Shown here in pieces: positions 37,954-47,726 of a DNA stretch of 64,000 nt; position 1 is the stretch's first letter, and each line of letters begins with the position of its first letter. The stretch is taken from the NCBI GenBank assembly GCA_046292385.1, contig JBKBRF010000019.1, forward strand, positions 53,249 to 117,248. Direction: 5' to 3'. Under the pieces are notes generated by a model. It did no database searches, was not told where the DNA came from, and saw nothing but the letters and a program-made list of their open reading frames with translations. The translations under genes and the position numbers were made by a program. The stretch is from Armatimonadota bacterium. Its GTDB lineage: Bacteria > Armatimonadota > SYMT01.

Positions 37954-39607
37954 CTTCGGCCTCCGGATCGGCCTCGGCGCCCTCCTCGCGAGCGTCACGG
38001 CCGCCGGCTGCGTCGCGTCGGCCGCCCGCACTCCACGCCTGGGAGCCGGAGAGACCCAGCCCGCTGCGGTGGCGACCTTCCGGGACGTCGCCGCCGAGGC
38101 CGGGCTCGACTTCCGGCTGGGCCACGAAGGCCGCACGCCGCTCTCCATCCTGGAGACCGCCCCGGGCGGCGGTGCCTTCCTCGACTGGGACCAGGACGGC
38201 CGGCTCGACATCGTGCTGGCGGGAGAGTCAAAGTGCGCGCTCTACCGGAACAGCGGAGACGGCCGGTTTACGGACGTCACCCGCGCCGCCGGGCTGCCCA
38301 CCACCGGTCACTGGATGGGAGTGGCGGTGGGGGACTACGACGGCGACACCTACCCGGACCTCCTCCTCACCGGCTACCGCACCCTGGCGCTCCTGCGGAA
38401 TGTCCGGGGAACGCGGTTCCAGGACGTAACGGCGCACGCCGGCCTCAACACCTCCCTCTGGACCACGAGCGCCGCCTTCTTCGACTACGACCGCGACGGC
38501 GATCTCGATCTCTACGTCGGCGCCTACCTCGCCTACCACCGGGGAAAGGACGACCTCTGCCAGGTCGGCCCGATTACCGCCGCCTGCGGTCCGGAGCACT
38601 ACGAGGCGGAGAAGGGGCTGCTCTACCGCAACGAGGGCGGAGGCCGGTTCCGAGACGTGACCCAGGCTTTCGGACTGGCAGCGGCCACCGGAAAGACCTG
38701 GGGCGTGGCGGTCTGCGACTATGACCGGGATGGCTGGCCGGACCTCTATCTCGCCAACGACATGGTGCCGTGCGATCTCTTCCGCAACGAGAAGGGCCGG
38801 TTCCGGAATATTGGCGTGGAATCCGGCACCGCCCTCGATGGGAGCGGCAACGTGCTCGGCGGGATGGGGGCGGACTGGGGAGATGCCGACGGCGACGGGC
38901 GGCCCGACCTCTTCCTGGGAACCTACTTTCAGCAGCCGAACTGCCTGTTCAAGAACCAGGGAGACCACCTCTTCCGCGAAGTGAGCGACCAGGTGGGGCT
39001 GGGGCTGCCGACCCGAGCCTACGTCGCGTTCGGCTGCGGATTCCTGGATCTCGATCTCGACGGCGACCTGGATCTGTTCGTGACCAACGGTCACGTTCGG
39101 GACTCGATCTCCGGATTCGATCCGTCCCAGACCTACCCGCAGCCGATGCAGCTCCTGGAGAACCTGGGCACCGGCCAGTTCCGAGACGCGACCCGGGGAG
39201 CCGGAGAGCCGTTCAAGACGGGACTGGTGGGACGCGGCTGCGCCTTCGGCGACTACGACGGCGACGGCGACGAGGACATTCTGGTGGTCGACCTGGAAGG
39301 CCCGGTCCGTCTGCTGCAGAACCAGACCCCCGTGGAATCGAAGAACTGGCTGACGGTGCGCCTCCGCGGAAAAGGCGGCAACCGCGAGGCGATCGGGGCA
39401 CGAGTGGAGGTGTACCTGAAGGGCCGCACGCTCCACCGCGAGGTGCAGCGCTCCCGCGGCGTGCTCTCCTCCAGCGCGCCTGCTCTCCACTTCGGCCTGG
39501 GGGAGAGCCAGGAGGTCGAGCGGGTGCGCGCCCACTGGCCGGACGGCACGCGATCCGAGGTGATCCGGCCGCCGATTCGCGAGGTCTTGTCCCTGGTGCA
39601 GCGGTAG
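37937..39607 (+). CDS. CRTAC1-family (ASPIC/UnbV) lipoprotein 5
   Basis: TAAGC lipobox; FG-GAP repeats; GGMGAD; NREAIGARV, LHFGLG, HWPDG. Confidence 0.9.
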   Translation: MARLASFGLRIGLGALLASVTAAGCVASAARTPRLGAGETQPAAVATFRDVAAEAGLDFRLGHEGRTPLSILETAPGGGAFLDWDQDGRLDIVLAGESKCALYRNSGDGRFTDVTRAAGLPTTGHWMGVAVGDYDGDTYPDLLLTGYRTLALLRNVRGTRFQDVTAHAGLNTSLWTTSAAFFDYDRDGDLDLYVGAYLAYHRGKDDLCQVGPITAACGPEHYEAEKGLLYRNEGGGRFRDVTQAFGLAAATGKTWGVAVCDYDRDGWPDLYLANDMVPCDLFRNEKGRFRNIGVESGTALDGSGNVLGGMGADWGDADGDGRPDLFLGTYFQQPNCLFKNQGDHLFREVSDQVGLGLPTRAYVAFGCGFLDLDLDGDLDLFVTNGHVRDSISGFDPSQTYPQPMQLLENLGTGQFRDATRGAGEPFKTGLVGRGCAFGDYDGDGDEDILVVDLEGPVRLLQNQTPVESKNWLTVRLRGKGGNREAIGARVEVYLKGRTLHREVQRSRGVLSSSAPALHFGLGESQEVERVRAHWPDGTRSEVIRPPIREVLSLVQR

Positions 39608-39918
39608 GCCTTCGCGTAAGCCGGCAACGGCGCTCCGGCGCTAGTCACGCCTGAAAGCTTCGCAAGCAGCAATTCAGCCCCCACTCGAGATCGGCACGGC
39701 AATCCCTTCATTTGAAATATCAAGATCTATCTCCACATGTGCGCAACGCTTTTGCAACTCGGCTTTTCTAACAGCCGAAGGAAAGGTGAAGGATTTTTCA
39801 GGAGGCGCGGGGAATAGGTCGATCAAGAACTCTCTGGTTCGCGTCCGCGGTGAGGGTTCCGTCATCATCAGTATCCTGGGCGCTCCATCGACGGAGTGTG
39901 CCCGAAGGGAGTACCTGA

Positions 39919-40743
39919 ATGCTCGTAACAAAGAAGACGAAGCGCTTTGTCGGCTTCACCCTGATCGAACTGCTGGTAGTCATTGCCATCATCGCTATCC
40001 TGGCCGCGATCCTGTTCCCGGTGTTCGCACAGGCCCGTGAAGCCGCCCGTAAGGCGAGCTGCCAGAGCAACCTGAAGCAGCTCGGCACGGCGATGCAGAT
40101 GTATCGCGCAGACTACGACGGTCTGTTCCCGTTCGGTGGCTGGTACGGCAACAACGGCGGCAACGCCAACGTGGACCGCAGCAACGACTGGCACCTGTCG
40201 ACCTACCCGTACATCAAGAACACGGGCGTCTACCTCTGCCCCAGCAGCACCGACATCCACCAGCTGCCGAACGGCCCGGCGGACTGGAACCGCACCAGCA
40301 CCGACTACATCTACAACAACCACCTGGGCCCGAACCGCTCTCCCCTCAATGAGGCGGCGGTGAACGCCCCGGCGGACTGTGTGATGCTGGTGGAAGGCCA
40401 CAGCGACTGGGGCCGCGGCCCGTGCATCACGCCGTTCACCAACGGCCAGTTCGTGACGAACTCGTTCTGCCACGAGTACACCATCTTCGGCGACAACGGC
40501 TCCCTCGTGACCGGCGGCCTGTGGGCCACCGACCGCAAGCTCTGGGGTCTGCCTCGCCACAGCGGCGGTGGTAACGTGGCGTTCGTGGACGGTCACGTGA
40601 AGTTCTTCAACAACTGGGATGCCGTCGGCGCGCTGCAGAGCCGGCAGAAGCTCGAGGGAACGATTCCTTACCGGAAGCACATCGAGCCGAGCCAGAGCCG
40701 GATCAACGATCCGAACGTGGTCTGGCGCTCCGAAGGGCTCTAA
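39919..40743 (+). CDS. Prepilin-type N-terminal cleavage/methylation protein with DUF1559-like body and H-X9-DG motif (pilin 2)
   Basis: [60 protein letters not shown]. Confidence 0.93.
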   Translation: MLVTKKTKRFVGFTLIELLVVIAIIAILAAILFPVFAQAREAARKASCQSNLKQLGTAMQMYRADYDGLFPFGGWYGNNGGNANVDRSNDWHLSTYPYIKNTGVYLCPSSTDIHQLPNGPADWNRTSTDYIYNNHLGPNRSPLNEAAVNAPADCVMLVEGHSDWGRGPCITPFTNGQFVTNSFCHEYTIFGDNGSLVTGGLWATDRKLWGLPRHSGGGNVAFVDGHVKFFNNWDAVGALQSRQKLEGTIPYRKHIEPSQSRINDPNVVWRSEGL

Positions 40744-40762
40744 GTCCGGCCGGATTACGTAG

Positions 40763-40805
40763 TATGGGGAGGGACGCGAATGCGTCCCTCCCCATTTTCT
40801 TTTTG
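40763..40805 (+). terminator. Rho-independent terminator after pilin 2
   Basis: atggggagggacgc-gaat-gcgtccctccccat followed by tttcttttt. Confidence 0.9.
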
Positions 40806-40823
40806 TCCGGTGAGTAGATCGCT

Positions 40824-42125
40824 ATGGCTGATTCTATTGAGACCGTCTCCGAAGCTGCAGTCAACGAGGCTCGCCGCCCGCCGCGGGGCCGCATCTGGCT
40901 CCTCCTCATCCTCGGCGTGGCGATCATCTGCGGCGCCCTCGTCTTCCGATCGAGCGCGTGGGCCAAGGAATACCCGCTGAAGCGCGCTTCGCTCGAAGTG
41001 CTGCGCTCCTGGGCAGAGCGGTCCCCACGCGATCCGCTGGTTCAGTACTACCTGGGCGTCAAGAGCTACGACAATGGCCTCTATCCGGAGGCCGTGCTGG
41101 CATTCCGCGCCGCGACCACGCAGGATCCGAAGATGACGCGGGCTTTCCTGGGATTGGCCGGCGCGCACCGCGTCCTGGGTCAGAACCCGGAGGCGTATGC
41201 GGCTGCCAAGCAAGCGGCGCTGCTGGAGCCCAAGAACGTCCCGGCGCAGTTTCTGATCGCGTCCCTGGTGGCCGAGGTCTCACTGCAGGATGCCCGGCCG
41301 GAGTACCAGAAGCTGACGCGTCTGGCGCCGGAGCGTGCGGATGCCTGGTACGGCCTCGGGATGTGCGAAGCGGGCCTGATCCAGCGCGGTGATGCGGTGG
41401 CGCCGCTCACGAAGGCGGTGGAGCTGGATCCGAAGAATGCCCTCTATCGCCGGGATCTCGGCCAGATCCTGATGCGGCTCAGCCGCTTCGAAGAGGCCCG
41501 GCCGCACCTGGAGGAAGCGGTTCGGCTCGGGCCTGAAGACGCGTCGAGCTGGTACTACGCCGGCAAGACCCTCGGGACCCTGGCGAAGACCGATGCGGAG
41601 CTGACCACAGCGGACGAGCATCTCCAGCGGGCGATCCAGCTCCTGGAGGCGGCCGAGGAGCGCAGCCCCGTGGGCGAAGCGGAGATCAAGTCGGTGCGTG
41701 CCGAGCTGATGCGCCGCCTGAATCGACTGGCTGACGCGGAGAAGCTGCTCCGCGAGGCGCGGCTGCAGGATCCCAAGACGGTCAACTACCTCCGCCAGTT
41801 GGCGGACGTGGTCCGGGCGCGGGGCAATCAGCAGCTCGCGGTGGAGCTGATGCGAGAGTACGCGGCGAAGCACGAGCTCGAAGAAGCGGTGGAGCAGATG
41901 AAGCAGCGCCTGAAGCAGGACCCGAACAACCCCGGGCAGCGGCTGCGCTTCGCGCGGCTCCTGGTGCAGGCCGGCGACATCCCCCAGGCGTACACGCAGT
42001 ACACTATCGTCCACAAGCTGAAGCCGCAGCAGCCGGCGGAGGTGCGCGCGGAGTTCAAGAAGGTAGAGGAAGACTTCAAGGCGCTTCAGAAGGTCTCCGT
42101 CGTCGCCCCGGCCGCCGCGAAGTAG
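40824..42125 (+). CDS. Membrane-anchored TPR protein (TPR-6)
   Basis: TM then SAWAKE...SPRDPL; TPR repeats; closest to TPR-4. Confidence 0.88.
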   Translation: MADSIETVSEAAVNEARRPPRGRIWLLLILGVAIICGALVFRSSAWAKEYPLKRASLEVLRSWAERSPRDPLVQYYLGVKSYDNGLYPEAVLAFRAATTQDPKMTRAFLGLAGAHRVLGQNPEAYAAAKQAALLEPKNVPAQFLIASLVAEVSLQDARPEYQKLTRLAPERADAWYGLGMCEAGLIQRGDAVAPLTKAVELDPKNALYRRDLGQILMRLSRFEEARPHLEEAVRLGPEDASSWYYAGKTLGTLAKTDAELTTADEHLQRAIQLLEAAEERSPVGEAEIKSVRAELMRRLNRLADAEKLLREARLQDPKTVNYLRQLADVVRARGNQQLAVELMREYAAKHELEEAVEQMKQRLKQDPNNPGQRLRFARLLVQAGDIPQAYTQYTIVHKLKPQQPAEVRAEFKKVEEDFKALQKVSVVAPAAAK

Positions 42126-42178
42126 TCACCCGACGGCAGCCGCGACCTGCGATAGAATAGAACAACAGTTCTATTCCC

Positions 42179-43594
<1,416 letters not shown>

Positions 43595-43643
43595 CCACCG
43601 TCCTGCAGGTGAGAGACGCGGCCTCGTTCTCTCCCGGCGGTCA

Positions 43644-43800
43644 CGAGGCATTGAAATACCTCGCTCGTCGGCCTCCGGCCACGCGTCCTCCGGACGCCCG
43701 GACTCTATTCAACGGTAGAGCTTCGCTGTCCGGCCGGTTCGACTTTAACCACCCGTTCGGGGGTGAACCTTTAGCCTTCTGCCTTTAGCCTTTTACCTTT
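43644..43800. repeat. REP-like palindrome plus (CCTTTAG)-like heptamer tract between convergent radA and sigma genes
   Basis: cgaggcattgaaatacctcgct resembles cgaggcgttgaaatacctggct at ~56392; gcgtcctccggacgc hairpin; cctttagccttctgcctttagccttttacctt. Confidence 0.6.
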
Positions 43801-44386
43801 ATCCGGCCGTCATCTCCGCGTAGACCCCCGTGGCGTGGCACTTCTTCCGGAGCGCCGTGACGGCGCGAAAGACGCGCAGCTTGGCGGCCATGGGGGAGCA
43901 GTCGAGCTGCCGCGCGATCTCCTCCAGGGAGCGGTCTTCCAGGTAGCGGAGCCGCAGCACCTGCTGGTGGCACGGCGCGAGCTGGCGGATCAGCACGGCC
44001 AGGGCGGTGTACCGCTCGTCGCGGTGCAGCCGCTCCACCGGGTCTTCCTCGCCGCTGTCCAGGAACCCAAAGCTCTCCAGCCCCACCGTCACCGGCCGCT
44101 GCTTGCGCAGGTGGTCGATCGAGACGTTCGACGCGATGCGATAGAGCCAGGCGCCCATGGAGAGCCCGCGAAAGCCGTCCAGGTGGGTGTAGGCGCGGAT
44201 CAGCGTCTCCTGGGTGAGGTCGTCCGCCTCTTCCGCGCTGAAACCCTTGCGACGAATGTAGCTGTAGATCCCGCTCCGGTAGCCGCAGAGCATCGCCTCC
44301 GCGTCCGCGAGGCCAAGGGTCGGCATGGCGTGGGTGAAACGGTCGACCGAGCTATCGGCTAGAGACTGGTACCCTGGGTTCATCAT
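43799..44386 (-). CDS. ECF sigma-70 factor
   Basis: ADDLTQETLIRAY, AWLYRIASN...DHLRK, region 4 LRYLEDRSLEEIA; ATG overlaps anti-sigma stop. Confidence 0.9.
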   Translation of the reverse strand: MMNPGYQSLADSSVDRFTHAMPTLGLADAEAMLCGYRSGIYSYIRRKGFSAEEADDLTQETLIRAYTHLDGFRGLSMGAWLYRIASNVSIDHLRKQRPVTVGLESFGFLDSGEEDPVERLHRDERYTALAVLIRQLAPCHQQVLRLRYLEDRSLEEIARQLDCSPMAAKLRVFRAVTALRKKCHATGVYAEMTAG

Positions 44387-44943
44387 CGGACTCCCTCCTG
44401 GAAGGAAGCGGGCTTCTCTTTCTGCTCCCGGACCGGCCGAGGGGCCGGGGTGTTGAACATCTCCGGACCGGCGGCACTGCCGGCGCCGCTCCAGGGGCTG
44501 GACCAGCCCAGGCCGCCTGCCGGCATGGCGGCGGGCGTTTGCGGCGCCATCCGCAGCGGGATGCCGGGTCCGGTTACGCTGGCGCCGGCGGGAGCGGGCC
44601 GGTTGGCGGCGTGGTTGAAGCCCCACCAGTAGGCGCCGGCGATCGCCATCAACTGCATCCCGGCCAGCGCGATCCCGGTGAGCACCGGGCGAGAGAGCGG
44701 CCGGGGTCGCCACGCCGGGGGCATCGCCGGCAGACGCCACATCACCGCGCCGGTGAGGTACTCCGGCGCCGGATCGGCCTCTGCCGCGCCGATCAGGCAG
44801 CGGTCCACCTCCTCCAGCTCCCGCAGCAGGCCGGCGCAGTCCCGGCAGCAGCGGAGGTGGTTCTGCACCTTCCACCGCTTCCAGTGGGAGAGCTCGCCGT
44901 CCAGGTAGGCGGAAAGCCGGAGCTGAAACTCGGAACAGGTCAT
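44383..44943 (-). CDS. Zinc-finger (zf-HC2/ZAS) transmembrane anti-sigma factor
   Basis: MTCSE...LSAYLDGEL...HLRCCRDC, single TM, low-complexity C-terminus. Confidence 0.88.
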   Translation of the reverse strand: MTCSEFQLRLSAYLDGELSHWKRWKVQNHLRCCRDCAGLLRELEEVDRCLIGAAEADPAPEYLTGAVMWRLPAMPPAWRPRPLSRPVLTGIALAGMQLMAIAGAYWWGFNHAANRPAPAGASVTGPGIPLRMAPQTPAAMPAGGLGWSSPWSGAGSAAGPEMFNTPAPRPVREQKEKPASFQEGVR

Positions 44944-45536
44944 CCCAGAATCCCTCCCCCCACGCTGCCCCGGGTCGGGGCCAGCTTCCCCGGGCCGCTC
45001 TCCGCGGCGGGGGCGAGCAGGCTGCGCATGCGGAGCCGCCCGCGGTGGATCCACGTCTCGATGGTGCTCTCCGGCACGGAGAGGAGCTGCGCGATCTCGC
45101 GATAGCTCAGGCCCTCTACCACTCGCAGCACCAGTGCCGTGCGGTGATGCGCCGGCAGCCGGCCCATCGCGCGCCGGATCCGCTCGACCTCAGTACCAGC
45201 CATGGTCAGCTCTTCCGGGCTGCGGTCGGCCGAGGCGGTCTCGCGGTCCAGCTCGTCCAGCGACAGGTAGCTGTGGCGCTGGCGCAGCAGCGAGAGGCAC
45301 TGGTTCACCAGGATGCGGCGGATCCAGGCGCCGAACATCCCGCGGCCCCGGTACTCCGAGAGCGCGCCGTACGCCTTCAGGAAGGCGTCCTGCACCGCGT
45401 CGGAGGCCTGGTCGCCGTCCTGCAGGATGCCGGACGCCACTGCGTGCAGGCGCGCCCGGTAGCGCTCGACAAGCTGCCGGAACGCATCTTCATCGCCGCG
45501 GAGGCACTCGGAAACCAGGGCGTCGTCGGTGGGCAT
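44940..45536 (-). CDS. ECF sigma-70 factor (SigW/RpoE-like)
   Basis: DDALV...GDEDAF, DAVQDAFLKAY, WIRRILVN, EGLSYREIA...IHRGR. Confidence 0.93.
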   Translation of the reverse strand: MPTDDALVSECLRGDEDAFRQLVERYRARLHAVASGILQDGDQASDAVQDAFLKAYGALSEYRGRGMFGAWIRRILVNQCLSLLRQRHSYLSLDELDRETASADRSPEELTMAGTEVERIRRAMGRLPAHHRTALVLRVVEGLSYREIAQLLSVPESTIETWIHRGRLRMRSLLAPAAESGPGKLAPTRGSVGGGILG

Positions 45537-45753
45537 GGAGATCGGCTCGAGGGCGAGGATGGTCCGAAAGCCGCGGCCATCGCTCTGCTACATTCACTAA
45601 CGCTCTCTGGGGGGAACGTTCTTGCAGGGTTTTTCAATCCCTTAGATGCGAATGCGCCGCCGATGGATAGTGGGCGGAGAAAGAGCCCAAGGAACAGCCG
45701 GCCGGGTGGCTGCTCGTCACGGACGAGCACCGTCGCCGTCCCGGCGGCGAAGG

Positions 45754-46200
45754 TCAGGCGCGGCGGTCGCGCCAGTCCATGGAGGCGTCGATCCAGCCGA
45801 CCGGCAGCAGCAGCGCCACGCAGTGACCGGTCCAGAGCGCCACCCAGGCCGGGCCCAGCAGCAGCCAGACGGCGCCGGCCACGCTCGCGCCGAGCGCCAG
45901 GGTGAGAAAGTAGCCGGCCCAGCGGCCGCGGACCGGCAGCAGCCCTTCGGGGAGCCCAAGCCGTAGCCGCCGCTCGAAGGCCCGGCGCGCCAGGGCGGCG
46001 GTGCCCGCCATGCCGAGCGACAGGGCCAGCGCCTGCGCCAGCGCGAACAGAACGTCGGCCGGCACGCCCGGCAGCGGGTTCCACCGGAGCACGTCGAACA
46101 GCCCGGCGAGCGTGGCCCAGAGAAGCGGCGGCAGCAGGAACGTGAGGCAGAGGCAGGTCTGCCACGGTGTCAGTTGAAACGAGCGTTCCCGGAAGAGCAC
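45754..46200 (-). CDS. Hypothetical integral membrane protein (~4 TM)
   Basis: Four hydrophobic segments; GTG start preceded by TATCCT (possibly leaderless). Confidence 0.6.
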   Translation of the reverse strand: MLFRERSFQLTPWQTCLCLTFLLPPLLWATLAGLFDVLRWNPLPGVPADVLFALAQALALSLGMAGTAALARRAFERRLRLGLPEGLLPVRGRWAGYFLTLALGASVAGAVWLLLGPAWVALWTGHCVALLLPVGWIDASMDWRDRRA

Positions 46201-46226
46201 GAGGATAGGATACCCCGGGTTCGTTC

Positions 46227-46305
46227 GCAGGTTTGCAGGTTGCAGGTTACAGGTTTGGAGCTCCGCCTTCGAGGGCCCAACCTGAAACCTGCGAACCTGC
46301 CAACC
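46227..46305. repeat. Heptamer-repeat palindrome (GCAGGTT)n ... (AACCTGC)n
   Basis: gcaggtttgcaggttgcaggttacaggtt ... aacctgaaacctgcgaacctgccaacc; same family as 11377-11464. Confidence 0.8.
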
Positions 46306-46318
46306 GGTGACCGCGGAG

Positions 46319-47233
46319 CTACTTCGGGACCACCCACGAGGCCTGGTAGGCGCTGACGCCTTCCGGCGTGAGACGCTTTTTCGTGCCGTCTTCTCCGATC
46401 AGGAAGAGACCCTGTCCCTTCTCGGTCTTGAGGGCCGCGACCACCCCTTTTCCATCCGGGCTCCAGCCGGCCATCGGCAGCGCGGCGAAGTTCCGCTCGT
46501 CCTCCACAGCCGTCTCGCCCAGGCTCGTCTCGCTCTTGTCCGAGAGGCCGCGGATGATCACCGTGCCGGTAGACCGCATGGTGTCCAGGCTCACGTACGC
46601 GAGCCGCTTTCCGTCCGCGGACATCGATCCCGGGCCGATCGCCGCCAGGCCGTCCTGCTTGAAGAGCTCCTGCTCACCGCCTCCGCTCGCGGGCATCATC
46701 ACGACGATCGAGCGCTGCTCGCCGCCGTCGAGCTTGGTGTAACCGATCGACTTTCCGTCGTGCGACCAGAACGGAAACACCGCCTCGCCTTCCGCCGGAC
46801 CGATCTTGCGCGCGTTGTTGCCGCTCGCATCGCACTCATGAATCTCGGGCCGCATACCCGCCACGAAGAGCAAGCGAGAGCCGTCCGGGCTCCAGGTGGG
46901 AAGCCCCGCGATTCCGGGCGAGTTCACCGAGACGGCATTCCCGCCGTCGGCATCGCAGATCCGGATCCGGTAGGTCTCCGGGCTCGGTCCCTCCGCGGTG
47001 GTGTAGGCAATCCGCTTTCCATCCGGCGACCATGCCGGAAAGGCGTTGTATTTGGCGGTCTGGCCGGGAAGCTCCCGGTCGCTGGTCCCGTCCGCGTTCA
47101 TCACGTGCAGCAGCACCCGGTCCCCGCTCTTGCGGGAGTAGACGATCTTTCCCATGTCCGCCGCGGAGACATGGTTCTGCCCCGGCATGCTCGCCGCCGC
47201 GGCCACCAGGGCAAGGGCACTCATCCAGCGCAT
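46319..47233 (-). CDS. TolB-like secreted beta-propeller (PD40 repeats)
   Basis: Signal peptide; PAWSPDGKRIAY, PTWSPDG, FWSHDG, WSPDG repeats. Confidence 0.88.
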   Translation of the reverse strand: MRWMSALALVAAAASMPGQNHVSAADMGKIVYSRKSGDRVLLHVMNADGTSDRELPGQTAKYNAFPAWSPDGKRIAYTTAEGPSPETYRIRICDADGGNAVSVNSPGIAGLPTWSPDGSRLLFVAGMRPEIHECDASGNNARKIGPAEGEAVFPFWSHDGKSIGYTKLDGGEQRSIVVMMPASGGGEQELFKQDGLAAIGPGSMSADGKRLAYVSLDTMRSTGTVIIRGLSDKSETSLGETAVEDERNFAALPMAGWSPDGKGVVAALKTEKGQGLFLIGEDGTKKRLTPEGVSAYQASWVVPK

Positions 47234-47310
47234 AGCAGTTCACCTCCTGCCACAGTTGAGACGGGCGTCTCACTGGAGGATAGCCGGCGGAGCACCGCTT
47301 TTGCGAATTT

Positions 47311-47631
47311 TTAGCGGCCCGGCGCCGGCGACCTGAGCGGCACGGTCGAAGGCGGCTGCGGCAGGATGACCGGCGTGAGGTACGCGCCCGGCCGCCCGCC
47401 GAAGATCGGCATCGTAAACCGCGCCGGATCGGCGGCGGCGATCGGCATCGGGAACCGCTCGCGCGGCGGAGAGCTCTCGATTGGAGCCACCGGGCTAACG
47501 ATCACTCGGAGCGGCACCGTTGTTGAGCGCTGGACCGGCTCCACCACGATATAGGTCGGGCTCTCCGCCGCCGCGGCAGCGGACGCGCACGCGGCGAGCG
47601 CGAGGGCCCCGAGCAGAAGGCGCGTTGACAT
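47311..47631 (-). CDS. Small secreted Pro-rich hypothetical protein
   Basis: GAGGAG RBS; signal peptide; internal RF(P/T)MPI duplication. Confidence 0.6.
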   Translation of the reverse strand: MSTRLLLGALALAACASAAAAAESPTYIVVEPVQRSTTVPLRVIVSPVAPIESSPPRERFPMPIAAADPARFTMPIFGGRPGAYLTPVILPQPPSTVPLRSPAPGR

Positions 47632-47726
47632 CGGTGTCTCCTCACTAACGTTGGAAGCTGCCTCCTGGTTTAGATGCGGGTAAGCTCCCCTGGGTCACCG
47701 TGGGGAGAGAGCAGGTAAAGACCGGA

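Noticed and set aside
32085..40743. Diversity-generating retroelement acting on the two similar pilin genes
   Set aside because: No reverse transcriptase in the window, and differences include indels rather than adenine-specific substitutions
21025..42178. Prophage, ICE or transposon origin for the pilin/CRTAC1 block
   Set aside because: No integrase, transposase, tRNA target or terminal repeats visible; codon style resembles flanking genes
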